DNA of 64,000 nucleotides from Nannocystis bainbridge (lineage in GTDB: Bacteria; Myxococcota_A; Polyangia; Nannocystales; Nannocystaceae): assembly GCF_028368995.1 (NCBI RefSeq), contig NZ_JAQNDL010000003.1, positions 1,088,001-1,152,000 of the forward strand. Direction: 5' to 3'. Below are positions 28,481-38,351 of this stretch, piece by piece (within the stretch, counting starts at the first letter, position 1; each line of letters starts with the position of its first letter). Made by a program: the position numbers and the translations under genes. The notes beneath the pieces were generated by a model that ran no database searches, was not told the origin of the DNA, and was given only the letters and a program-made list of their open reading frames with translations.

Positions 28481-29257
28481 TCAGCCGCGGTGCAGGCGGA
28501 ACCCCTGCTGCCCTGCCTGCTCGAGCCCAGCTCTCAGCGTCATCGAAGGGATCTCGTAGTCCCCGCCGTTCTGCTGGCGGTACGCGATCGGCGGTTCGAC
28601 GAACAGCCCGCGCATGCGGCGGTCGAGCTCGGCCCCCACCGCCGCGAAGCGGGCCGCGTCCATCCGCCCCGCGCGGTAGACCACGAACGGGTCCATCACC
28701 GCGAACCCGGGGTAGAACAGGATCCCGTGCTGGATCGGGAACAGCAGGTCGTCGATCGGCCCGTTGATCCCGCGCTCTTGATAATGCTCCTCCCAGCCGC
28801 CGGTCGTGACCACCAGCATCGCTCGCTTGCCCGCGAACACCCCCTCGCCGTAGCGGTCGCCCCAGCGCCGGTCCGAGTGCTCGCCGCGGCCGTAGGCGAA
28901 CCCGTGCGCGTACACCCGGTCGACCCAGCCCTTGAGGATCGCCGGCATCGAGAACCACCACAGCGGGAATTGCAGGATCACCGCATCGGCCCACAGCAGG
29001 CGCCGCTGCTCCTCCGCCACCTCGGCCGGCTGCGTGCCCTCGGCGAACGCGCGGTGCGACGCCGCGACGACGTCGAGCTGCTCGCCGGGCTCGCCCGGGA
29101 AATCGGCGCCGTCGAGGCTCGCCTTCCAGCCCTGCGCGTGGAGGTCGGACACGATCACCGCGTGCCCCTCCGCGGTCAGCGTCGCGACCATGCGATCGCG
29201 CAGCGAGGCGTTCAGCGAGCGCGGCCCGGGGTGGGCGTAGACGACGAGGATCTTCAC
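28481..29257 (-). CDS. NAD(P)H-dependent quinone oxidoreductase (flavodoxin-2 family)
   Basis: ILVVYAHP...SLN, QFPLWWFSMPAILKGWVDRV and TTGG. Confidence 0.95.
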   Translation of the reverse strand: MKILVVYAHPGPRSLNASLRDRMVATLTAEGHAVIVSDLHAQGWKASLDGADFPGEPGEQLDVVAASHRAFAEGTQPAEVAEEQRRLLWADAVILQFPLWWFSMPAILKGWVDRVYAHGFAYGRGEHSDRRWGDRYGEGVFAGKRAMLVVTTGGWEEHYQERGINGPIDDLLFPIQHGILFYPGFAVMDPFVVYRAGRMDAARFAAVGAELDRRMRGLFVEPPIAYRQQNGGDYEIPSMTLRAGLEQAGQQGFRLHRG

Positions 29258-29348
29258 GGCAGGGTCCTTTCGCCAGGCGGTTCCGCCGGGCCCGCGAACG
29301 CTACGCCGGGCCCCCGCCGCGTTGAAATCGTAGTTCTTGTGTGCTGGT

Positions 29349-29363
29349 ATCACCGCCGTGGAT
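29349..29363. promoter_or_regulatory. Putative LysR operator (ATC-N9-GAT)
   Basis: ATCACCGCCGTGGAT overlaps the lysR start between the divergent genes. Confidence 0.5.
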
Positions 29364-30260
29364 AGCAGCCGCCTCGACCTCAACCTGCTCGTCGCGCTCG
29401 ACGCCCTGCTCGCCGAACGCAACGTGACGAAGGCCGCCCGGCGCCTGGGCCTCAGCCAGCCCGCCTTGTCGGCCCAGCTCCAGCGGCTGCGCGACCTGCT
29501 CGGCGACCCGCTGTTGCTGCCAGCGCAGCGCGGCATGACCCCGACCGCGCGCGCGCTCGAGCTGCAGGCGCCGCTTCACGACGCGCTCGACGGCGTGCGC
29601 GCCGTGCTCACCGCCGGCGCCGGCTTCGACCCCGCCACCGCCGCCCTGACGGTCGCCATCGCCGCCTCCGACTATGTGCAATACGCCCTGCTCATGCCGC
29701 TCGCCCTCCAGCTCCGCCGCGAGGCCCCCGGCGTGCGGCTGGCCTGGCGGGCCCTCGACGCCGCCCAGCTCGCCGCCCAGGCCGAGCGCGGCGACGTCGA
29801 CCTCGCCTTCCTCACCCCCGAGACCGCGCCCGAGCAGCTGCGCAGCCGCAAGGTCCTCGACGAGCGCTACGTCGTCATCGTCCGCCGCGACCACCCGCAC
29901 GTGTCCGGCCCTATCGATCTCGACGGGCTGTGCGCGCTCGACCACGTCGTCGTCAGCCCGCGCGGCGGCGGCTTCGCGGGCCCCACCGACGCTGCCCTCG
30001 CCAGCCACGGCCGCGAGCGCCGCGTGGTCCTCTCGGTGCCCTCGTTCCTCATGGTCCCCGAGCTGGTGGCCCGCTCCGACCTCGCCGCCCTGGTCCCCGA
30101 ACGCATCGCCCGCGACCGCGCCGACCGCCTGCAATTGCTCGAGCCCCCGATCGCCGTCCCCGGCTTCGCAATCGCCATGGTCTGGCACCGCCGCGCCGCC
30201 AAGCACCCGGCCCTCACCTGGCTGCGCGAGCGCGTGCGCGCGTTCGCCAGAGGCGCCTGA
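29358..30260 (+). CDS. LysR family transcriptional regulator (NodD/LeuO-like)
   Basis: LDLNLLVALDALLAERNVTKAARRLGLSQPALS helix-turn-helix. Confidence 0.95.
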   Translation: MDSSRLDLNLLVALDALLAERNVTKAARRLGLSQPALSAQLQRLRDLLGDPLLLPAQRGMTPTARALELQAPLHDALDGVRAVLTAGAGFDPATAALTVAIAASDYVQYALLMPLALQLRREAPGVRLAWRALDAAQLAAQAERGDVDLAFLTPETAPEQLRSRKVLDERYVVIVRRDHPHVSGPIDLDGLCALDHVVVSPRGGGFAGPTDAALASHGRERRVVLSVPSFLMVPELVARSDLAALVPERIARDRADRLQLLEPPIAVPGFAIAMVWHRRAAKHPALTWLRERVRAFARGA

Positions 30261-30301
30261 TCATCGAGACATGCCCGAGAGGCCATGTCTGAAAGTTTAT
30301 C
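30256..30301. repeat. CATG-N10-CATG family array
   Basis: CCTG at 30256, CATG at 30270 and CATG at 30284. Confidence 0.75.
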
Positions 30302-30308
30302 TCGTGAT

Positions 30309-30428
30309 TCAATCCATCATCGACAGTGGGACGCCGACCGGCAGCGAGTAGTGGACGTGGACGATGTGCCAGTCGGCTCCGTCCTTCTCCAGCACCGCGG
30401 TGAGGCGCACGCGGGCGAACCGATCCCT
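30309..30428 (-). pseudogene. C-terminal fragment of a SnoaL/NTF2-like protein
   Basis: Manual translation gives RDRFARVRLTAVLEKDGADWHIVHVHYSLPVGVPLSMMD*. No matching N-terminus is evident. Confidence 0.55.
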
Positions 30429-30781
30429 CGTATATGCCCGCTGTTTGGAGATCCGCGGCGTTCCGCGTATTGGGGGCTTTTCCGAGGGATCGCGTCCCGA
30501 TTTTGTCGCGAATTTGGCTGTTTTCGAGACGGCGCCTCGAATTCGGGCTCGCAGGTGGGTCTAGCGCCGCCGAGCTCGAAAGGCTGCGCGGCCTTAACGC
30601 CGCGCTCGAGCGCCTCCGGGCGGAAGATGAAGCCGAGCCCGCCGAGCTGTCCGCCCGGAAGGACTGGAGTTTCGGCCGCAAGCTCCTGTTCGGCGTGTCG
30701 TGTGTCGCTGCGGGCGCGGGTGCTGCGGCCATCGTCATGCAGTCTCGGGGCCGCTCGTAACGCGCGACTCTGCGACCCACC

Positions 30782-31525
30782 TCATGCGGCAGGCCCAAAG
30801 CTGCAGCAGGTCGCAGCCAGGTCTACCAGCATCTGGAAGCTGTCGAGATCCGTCAGCTTCGCGCAGATCGCTTCGGATGCGCACGTCCCGGTCGTGCTGC
30901 CGTCTTCGATGCAAGTACAGGTCTCCGTGTCGCACTGCATCGCCTGCGGCGGCTCGCCGATGCACTCGAAATCGATCGAGCAGGCGCTGCCGTCGACGTT
31001 CCCGCTCGCTTCGTGGTCGCAGGCGTTCTCGCCAGTGCAGATCTTGACCTCCTGCGCGACGGCTTCGGAACAGGGCCCCGGATCGTCCTCGTTGAAGAAG
31101 ACCGAGATGTCGTCGCAGCTCATGCTGGCGAAGCACATGTGGCGGGCATCGGTGGCCGCCACACACGCCGGCGTCTCGTCCTCGTCTCCGCAGAACTCCG
31201 CGATGCATTCCGTGACGATGACCATGGGAAAGCAAGCAGTGGCGGCAGCGCAGAAGGACGCGCAGGCATCCTGGTCGCCGGTATCGCCGGAGCTCACTGC
31301 CGTATCGGTCGTGGGCTCGACCGCACCGGTGGTGCTCTCCAAGCTCGTACTCCCGGGCTCCGTGGTGCTCGTGGTGACGCCGGAGGTGCCCTCGGTGCCG
31401 CCGCTCGATCCGCTGCCTGCATCGCCGCAGGCGCCGGCCGCGATGGCGGCCCAAAGGAGGTATCCGGCCCCCGTGCCCTGGGGTCGACATTTCCTATTCA
31501 GTGCTCTGTTTTTGGCTCGTTGCAT
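30782..31525 (-). CDS. Cys-rich hypothetical lipoprotein
   Basis: Lipobox AAGAC, Ser/Thr linker and many Cys. Start uncertain. Confidence 0.75.
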   Translation of the reverse strand: MQRAKNRALNRKCRPQGTGAGYLLWAAIAAGACGDAGSGSSGGTEGTSGVTTSTTEPGSTSLESTTGAVEPTTDTAVSSGDTGDQDACASFCAAATACFPMVIVTECIAEFCGDEDETPACVAATDARHMCFASMSCDDISVFFNEDDPGPCSEAVAQEVKICTGENACDHEASGNVDGSACSIDFECIGEPPQAMQCDTETCTCIEDGSTTGTCASEAICAKLTDLDSFQMLVDLAATCCSFGPAA

Positions 31526-31604
31526 CGATGGCGCGTGAACCCGACCGCGTCTCGCCCTATTCCTCTCGACAGGCGTCGCGGCTCCTGGGGCACTCGAGCG
31601 AAAG

Positions 31605-32426
31605 TCATGAAGGCTCGACCGTACACGGCGACCCATCGACGGAGAAGAGGGTGCTGGCTTGCGCCTCCAACCACGTCCACAAATTCTTGCCCCCGAGCAT
31701 GACGTCGGAGTTGCGGAGCTCCGCCTCCTCGATCTCACCGTCCGCATTCGCATCGCTCGCCGCGAAGGGATCGAAGACGAGTTCTTCATCGCCGAACAAC
31801 CTATCGCCGCGCACGCTGATCGTGACTTGCGGCTCCTCGTCCGCGAAGCTGGTCTGGGAGATACAGTCCCTGTATGCGTTTCCGGCGGTCAGGCCCCAGG
31901 AGAAGTCTTTGGTCTCTCCGCCGCGCTGCGCCGTACCCTCCACGTAGACCGAGTACGAGCCGGCACGCATCCGTTCGACGTCCGACTCGTCGACATTGCC
32001 GGCTACCGGGTCGGCAGCCGGAGCGATGGTGAACCCAATGCCGCGGATCAGCGCGTGAGGGCGCTCGCTCGTCCGCTGGGCGCTGCCGAGGACGAAACCC
32101 TCACCTGCCTCCATCAGGTCGACGATTTGGTACTGCGGCGAAGTGTCGTCGAGTGGCGATCCCTCCAGCATCACGTCGCCGATCGAGACCTGCAGCTCGG
32201 AGAAGGTGATGACCCAACCATCCTTGACCGTGCTCGGATGGGTTCCGTCTTCGACGAATGACGCGTCCGCGAGCGACACGGTAATGTCGCGCTCCACCGG
32301 GTCTTCGCCGGCGGCACAAGCGCTCGAGAGCAAGAGGGAGAGAGAGACGTGGAGACGGAGTATCGCGGGGTTCCAGGAGCCGAACACCAGGCCAGCAACC
32401 ATAGCGGTGGATGCCTTATTCCACAC
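31605..32426 (-). CDS. Hypothetical lipoprotein
   Basis: LLSSAC lipobox, DGWVITF motif and a DANADGEIEEAEL EF-hand-like loop. Start uncertain. Confidence 0.7.
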   Translation of the reverse strand: MWNKASTAMVAGLVFGSWNPAILRLHVSLSLLLSSACAAGEDPVERDITVSLADASFVEDGTHPSTVKDGWVITFSELQVSIGDVMLEGSPLDDTSPQYQIVDLMEAGEGFVLGSAQRTSERPHALIRGIGFTIAPAADPVAGNVDESDVERMRAGSYSVYVEGTAQRGGETKDFSWGLTAGNAYRDCISQTSFADEEPQVTISVRGDRLFGDEELVFDPFAASDANADGEIEEAELRNSDVMLGGKNLWTWLEAQASTLFSVDGSPCTVEPS

Positions 32427-33345
32427 GTTCGCAGCGGATCCCCTGCAGCAGTTCGTCCACAGTGGAGCCTGCTTCGGCGGCGAGCTCCTGCGGCCCGGCC
32501 CCCCAGGCGGCCAGCAGATATGCGTCGTCGGCCACCGCCGGCTCGCTGGCGTGCCGGATCGTCGTCACCGCGACCGGCGACTCGTGGGCGAGCGGGTGAC
32601 GGCGCAAGAAGCCGCGCATCGATCGGCCCGGCCGACCTCGACGAACACGCGCGACGGGTCGGCGAGCAACGTGCCGAGCGCGGCCGTCAGGGTGACGGTG
32701 CCGCACAGGTGATCGGCCCAGTAAGACGGATCGGTCGCCTCGGCGTCGGTCAGCCAGGTGCCGGTCACGCACGACAGCACCGGCAGGCCCGGCGGTCGCC
32801 GCTGGACCGCCGCGACTCTGGCCAGATAGGCCTCGCGGATCGGCGCCATCATCGGCGAGTGATACGCCTGGGTCACCGCCAGCCGCGTCGCCTCGAACCG
32901 CGCGCCAGCAGCCGCGCCTCGACGTCAGCGACGGCCTCGACCGGCCCCGAGAGCACCGTGCAACCCGGCGCCTCGGTCGCTACCGATACGGTCGCCGGCA
33001 GCAGCGGCTCGCTCTCGGCCCGGCCGCGCAGGCGATGCCGTCGAGGATGATGTGATGGAACAGGATGAAGATCGTCGGCGCCGCGCCCTCCGCCGAGAAC
33101 GCCAGCACGCGCCACAGCGGCCCGCGCTCGAGGTCGAAGCCGTCGCGCGGGCGCAGCTCCGCGGCCGCCCGGGCCTGCGCCTCGCGCCGCGACGGCTCGA
33201 CTTGGGTATGATCATAGGACGTCAGATCGACCGCCGGCTCGGCGGCGATCCGGCGCCGCGGACCGGGCGCGTCCATGACGAAGGTGGTGCGCAAGATCGG
33301 TTGGCGCCGCGCCACCTCCTCGAGGGCCGCCCGCCAAGCGGCCAT
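32416..33345 (-). pseudogene. Decayed NRPS condensation + PKS acyltransferase fragments
   Basis: RRQPILRTTF, FDLERGPLWR and FHHIILDG (C domain) abut frameshifted AT pieces VLSGPVEAV, QAYHSPMM, LSCVTGTW, YWADHL and VFVEVG. Confidence 0.85.
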
Positions 33346-33522
33346 CGTCGACCTCGGAGCGCCGCGTCACGACTGCATCATCGTCCACGCGTCGCTGCTG
33401 CCGCGCTGGCGCGGGGCAGCGCCGATCCAGTGCGCGGCGCTGGCAGGAGCGCCGCTCCCAAGCGGGCCTGCTCGAGCGCGCCCCGACGCCCTGCCTCTCA
33501 TGCTGCGAGAGCACCGAACAAA

Positions 33523-33554
33523 CATGACCCATCGAACATGTCCTAAGGTTTACG
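33523..33554. repeat. CATG-N10-CATG family site
   Basis: CATGACCCATCGAACATGTCCTAAGGTTTA, with CATG at 33523 and 33537. Confidence 0.7.
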
Positions 33555-33685
33555 CACACGAATGCACCGTCTGCGCTCGCGGGGCCGGCGAGCGCCATCG
33601 ACCGGCCCGGTATCGCGCCTCTTGCTCGCCCGCTTGCCAGCGCTCCCGTCCGCGTGAAACTGTGGCGCCGACAAGGAAGCAGCGC

Positions 33686-35401
33686 ATGCGCAATTCTCGG
33701 CCGGCCTCTCACAGTTCATGGCTCGTCACCCTGGCCCTCGCGGTCGGCCCGCAGCTCGGATGCGGCGACGACGGACGCCCGCAGGGTCAGACCTCGGCCG
33801 GCGGCGCCACGACCACCAGCCCCACGACCACCACCACCGGCGGCAGCACGACCTCGGGGCCGACCACCGCGCCCACCACCTCGACCGGCGCCAGCGCCAG
33901 CGAGGGCACCGGCGTCACCGCCACCGGCGGCGTCCAGTTCGACGTCGGCAACGGTGACGACACCGACAGCGGCACCACCGGCGCCCCCAACCTTTGCAAG
34001 GTCGCGGTCGACGGCGACGCCGGCAATTGCCGCACCAAGGCCCCGCCCGACGCCTTCAGCCCCGAGGTCCAGTGGAGCTGGCCCGGCGTCGGCGAGGACG
34101 TGTTCAGCGGCGTCTCCCCGCTGGTCGCCAACCTCACCGACGACAACGGCGACGGGCAGATCGACCTGTGCGACATCCCCGACATCGTCGTCGTCGCCGG
34201 CCCGGGCGACGGCGTCGAGCCCGACACCGGCCACATTTACGTCCTCGACGGCGCCACCGGGGCCCTTCACTACACCATCCCCGACCCCGTCTATGGCTAT
34301 TCCAGCCCCGCCCTCGGCGACATCGACGGCGACGGCGTCCCCGAGCTCCTCGTCTTCGCCCACGGCGACGTCGTCCGCGCATACGAGCACGACGGCACCC
34401 CCAAGTGGACCTCCGCCCCCGTCAGCGCCGCCGCCACCCGCGGCGCCGTCGCCATCGCCGACCTCGACGCCGACGGCAGCCCCGAGATCCTCTACTCCGA
34501 CTCCGTCCTGAGCGCCGGCGGCGAGGTGCTCTGGAGCGTGCTCGACGGCGCGTGGAGCTACGCCACCCCGACCGCCGCCGACCTCGACGACGACGGCCTG
34601 CTCGAGGTCGTCTATGGTCATAGCGCCTACCGCCACGACGGCACCCCCTATTATACCAACGACGCCGTGCCCGTCGCCTCCCTCCCGCACGTCGCCGACC
34701 TCGACGAAGACGGCCTGCCCGAGATCCTCCTGTCCACCGGCAATGGCCTCACCGTGCTCGAGCACGACGGCTCCACCAAGCCCGGCCACCTCGACATGCG
34801 GCTCACCGGCGCCAACCCCGATCACGTCTTCATCTGGCTGCGCCCCGCCGCCATCCACGACTTCGACGGCGACGACCTGCCCGAGTTCTCGCACAGCTCC
34901 GCCGCCCAGTACGCCATCTACGACACCAACCCGGCCGCCATCCAGTGGCAGGCCGCCGTCCTCGACCAGAGCGGCGCCGCCGGCGGCACCGCCTTCGACT
35001 TCATCGCCGCCGGCGCCGCCCAGGCCATGTACGCCGACGAATACAGCCTGTTCGTGTTCGACGGCGCCGGCGCCCCCCTGCTCGAGGTCCCCCACACCAG
35101 CCTCACGTACATCGAATTCCCGGTGGTCGCGGACGTCGACAACGACGGCTCCGCCGAGATCGTCGTCGTCTCCAACCAAAGCATCCAGGGCCCGCCCTCG
35201 CCCACCGTCCAGGTCATCCGCGACGTCGAGGACCGGTGGATCCAGGCGCGACGGATCTGGAATCAACACACGTATCACGTCACGAACGTCCGCGAAGACG
35301 GCACCATCCCCGCCGTCGAACCGAAGAGCTGGCAATTGCTCAACACGTTCCGCACCCAGGCGCAGATCGAAGGCGGGGCGGTCTGCGATCCGCCGGGGTG
35401 A
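33686..35401 (+). CDS. FG-GAP/VCBS repeat lipoprotein
   Basis: QLGC lipobox, Thr-rich linker, repeated DxDxDGxPE motifs and C-terminal RRIWNQHTYHVTNV. Confidence 0.9.
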   Translation: MRNSRPASHSSWLVTLALAVGPQLGCGDDGRPQGQTSAGGATTTSPTTTTTGGSTTSGPTTAPTTSTGASASEGTGVTATGGVQFDVGNGDDTDSGTTGAPNLCKVAVDGDAGNCRTKAPPDAFSPEVQWSWPGVGEDVFSGVSPLVANLTDDNGDGQIDLCDIPDIVVVAGPGDGVEPDTGHIYVLDGATGALHYTIPDPVYGYSSPALGDIDGDGVPELLVFAHGDVVRAYEHDGTPKWTSAPVSAAATRGAVAIADLDADGSPEILYSDSVLSAGGEVLWSVLDGAWSYATPTAADLDDDGLLEVVYGHSAYRHDGTPYYTNDAVPVASLPHVADLDEDGLPEILLSTGNGLTVLEHDGSTKPGHLDMRLTGANPDHVFIWLRPAAIHDFDGDDLPEFSHSSAAQYAIYDTNPAAIQWQAAVLDQSGAAGGTAFDFIAAGAAQAMYADEYSLFVFDGAGAPLLEVPHTSLTYIEFPVVADVDNDGSAEIVVVSNQSIQGPPSPTVQVIRDVEDRWIQARRIWNQHTYHVTNVREDGTIPAVEPKSWQLLNTFRTQAQIEGGAVCDPPG

Positions 35402-35676
35402 AGCGCCGCCCGCCGCGACGGCTACGTCGAGGCGCGATCCTGAGCGCACACCCGAGCGGGAGGCGGACACGTACGCGCCCGGCGACGTCGCTCACCGGGA
35501 AGCGAACGCGCTCGAGTGCTTCACGCGCGCAGGCATGCCACGGGTAGGGCGGATCGTCGGGAGCTGAGCGCCGAACCGCTGGCGCATGCAAGCGCACCAA
35601 GCGGAGATCGAACGCGACGAGACCGCGATGCGCTTGCGAGTGCCGTCAAACGAGGCGGCATCCAGCCCCGGGTCCA

Positions 35677-36135
35677 CTAGGCGGCCGCCTCCATGTTCGT
35701 CGCCAGGAGGCGTAGGAACTGCTCGAAGCTCGATGCGTAGAGCTCCGGCTTGTAGGAGTGGGCGCCCATCGTGACGCTGAAGACGGGGCAGTCGCCCTCG
35801 GCGTCGAGCTTCGAGATGTCGAGGAAGTACGGGTCGCCGCGGACCGCGCTCCGCGCGATGACAACCCAGTTCTTCTGCCAACCTTCCTCCCCGATGACCT
35901 GCTCCGCGATGAGCCTATCGGCGGGGATGAAGCGGACACGCTCGACCGAGGTCACGGTCTCGACGTCGACGGGATCAGCCGCCTGCAAGAACGCCCGGTA
36001 GCGCGCCGGGATCCTGAGCGCATTGCGAAGCTCGTCGACCACCGCTGGTTGCGCCTTCCCGAATCTCGTCGGGATGTTTCGTCGGGTAAAGATGTCCTTC
36101 AGCTTCGCAACCGCCTCAGCGAGATCGCTATCCAT
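35677..36135 (-). CDS. SMI1/KNR4 family protein
   Basis: LRIPARYRAFL, GDPYFLD, CPVF and YASSFEQFL. RBS AAGG. Confidence 0.8.
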   Translation of the reverse strand: MDSDLAEAVAKLKDIFTRRNIPTRFGKAQPAVVDELRNALRIPARYRAFLQAADPVDVETVTSVERVRFIPADRLIAEQVIGEEGWQKNWVVIARSAVRGDPYFLDISKLDAEGDCPVFSVTMGAHSYKPELYASSFEQFLRLLATNMEAAA

Positions 36136-36362
36136 CGTGTCGCCCTTCCTTTTCGCAGCATCAATGCCTATGCCATAGCGCTCGAGATGTTCCAAGCCGC
36201 AATTTCTCGTCGAGCCCAGTGCCAGGGACGCCAATGGTCCTCGGATGAGGGTTTTGTCGCCGTCCAAGGCGCTTGCTATCGAACAGCCCGCGTAGCCAAG
36301 ACGCGACGGCCGAGCGCAATTACTCACTTCGGCGCGTCGGACGACATCGGGATCGGAGCGCG

Positions 36363-37085
36363 ATGATGGAGCTCGAGATCGCCGGGCTTCCGCTGGTCAC
36401 GCTCTGGATCCACGTCACGCCGGGTGCGGTGCCGGTTGTGTCCGCGCTGCTCGAGCTGCAGCACTTGCGCGTCGGGACGTGCGAACTGACCGACATCGAA
36501 CCGCTCGCGCCGCTCGCCGAGCTCAAGAGCCTCGCAATCACCGACGACGCGATCGTCGACCTCGGCCCGCTTGCTGGTAAGACCGAGCTCGCGGAGCTCG
36601 ACGCCGCCTACAACGCGATCGCCTCGCTTGCGCCGCTCGCCGGCCTGCCGCTGCAGCGACTGCAGCTGAACGACAACGAGATCTTCGACCTCGGCCCGCT
36701 GGCGACCTTGCAGGGGCTCGAGCACCTGGACGTGTCCGCCAACCCCCTCGCGCTCGGGCTCGACAGCCTGGCCGATCACCCGAGCCTGCGCACGATCTCC
36801 CTCTCCGACACCGGGCTCCAGACGCTCCCCGTCGTCGCGCCGAACACCCTCGAGATGCTCAGAGCCGCGCGCAACCACATCTCGGACCTCGGCCCTTTGA
36901 AGAGCCTTCAGGCGCCAAATACCCTGGATGTGCAAGGCAACGCGATCACGACCCTGGCGCCAATCGTTGGCGCGCCGTGGCTCGGCTACGACGACATCAT
37001 CTTCGTCGCCGACGATCCCCTCGATGCCGAGACGATCGAGGTGATCATCCCGGCTCTGTGCGCCGCGGGCGTGTCCGTCCAGTAG
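36363..37085 (+). CDS. Internalin-like leucine-rich repeat protein (possibly 5'-truncated)
   Basis: Repeated LxxLxLxxNxIxDLxPL units, no signal peptide. Confidence 0.7.
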   Translation: MMELEIAGLPLVTLWIHVTPGAVPVVSALLELQHLRVGTCELTDIEPLAPLAELKSLAITDDAIVDLGPLAGKTELAELDAAYNAIASLAPLAGLPLQRLQLNDNEIFDLGPLATLQGLEHLDVSANPLALGLDSLADHPSLRTISLSDTGLQTLPVVAPNTLEMLRAARNHISDLGPLKSLQAPNTLDVQGNAITTLAPIVGAPWLGYDDIIFVADDPLDAETIEVIIPALCAAGVSVQ

Positions 37086-37306
37086 GGAATCGCGTGGAGC
37101 GATCTATGCAATTGTAACTGCGTGTGAGCCCGCGGTGAGCCCGACGCACCGGTACAGCCCGCCGCCGCTGATGAGACGTGGTGGACGAGCCAACCGTCCG
37201 GGTCGGTCTGGCCGGCGCCGGGGGTGTGATCGCGTGCATCGGGGACGGCGAGACGACCGTGGGGGCAAAGCCCCACTCCGCGCGAAGGGGACACGTCACG
37301 AACGCT

Positions 37307-38266
37307 TCAGCGCTTCTTGCGTCGCCCTCGATTCGACGGGGCGGACGCCACGGGGCCGGCATCGAGTCGCAGGAGCGGCCTGACCTCGCGAGCGCTCTCG
37401 ATGAGCGCCCGCACCACCGGCATGTCCGCGTCCTTCGCCCGCCAGGTGACGACGTCGGACAGCTTGATGTCGAGATCGACGACCGGACGCCACACCACCG
37501 GGGTCATCGGAGACACCAGCTCTACTGTCTTTCGGGCCAGGAACGTCACCGCGTCGCCGATCGCCACCAGCGCCAGGAGCGACTCCAGCTCGGGGACTTC
37601 GGCCATCACGGCGAGCGTGACGTCTCGCGCGCGGGCGGCGGCAAGGATGTCCGCATGGAGGCGCGGGTAGAGCTGACGCGGCTCGAGGACCACGCGCTCG
37701 CCCACCAGGTCCCGCAGCCAGATCTTCGGGCGACGTGCGAGCCGATGGTCGTGCGCGAGCGCCATGCCGAGCTGGTCGCGCGCCATCTCCATGCAGGCCA
37801 GGCCGTCGTCGGAAGGAGCTTACGACCCATAGGCGAAGGCGATCGTCCCCTCGCGGAGCGCGGCCCACTGCTCGGTGCTGCTCATCGCCAGGAGCTGGAG
37901 GCCGATGCGCGGCGCACGTCGTCGAAACGCCGCCACGAGCGAGGCCAGCGCGCCGGTGAAGGTGGCCCCCGGCTCGAAACCAATGACGGCAGTGCCGAGC
38001 CTGCCCCCGGCGACCCCTTTGGCCTCCTCGACCGCCGCGTCCACGCTCACCAGGACGCCCCTCGCCCGCTCCGCGAAGACCTTACCAGCGGCGGTGAGCT
38101 TGATGCCGCGGCCGTCAGGCTCGAAGAGCTCGACCCCCATCTCCTGCTCGAGGTCCTTCATCTGCCGGCTGAGCGGAGACTGGGACACGTGGAGCCGCTC
38201 GGCGGCCCGACGAAAGCTCTGCTCCTCGGCGATCGTCACGAAGTAGCGCAGGTGTCGGAGTTCCAT
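37307..38266 (-). pseudogene. LysR regulator interrupted by an in-frame TAA
   Basis: HTH MELRHLRYF... The TAA at 37820-37822 is followed in the same frame by the rest of the substrate-binding domain. Confidence 0.85.
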
Positions 38267-38351
38267 GCATTCACGACCGTTGCTGCGAAGGTATCATAGA
38301 ATGGCGATCAATGTCTTGGACGGCTCGGTTCCGGGGCGGTACACCGCGTCC

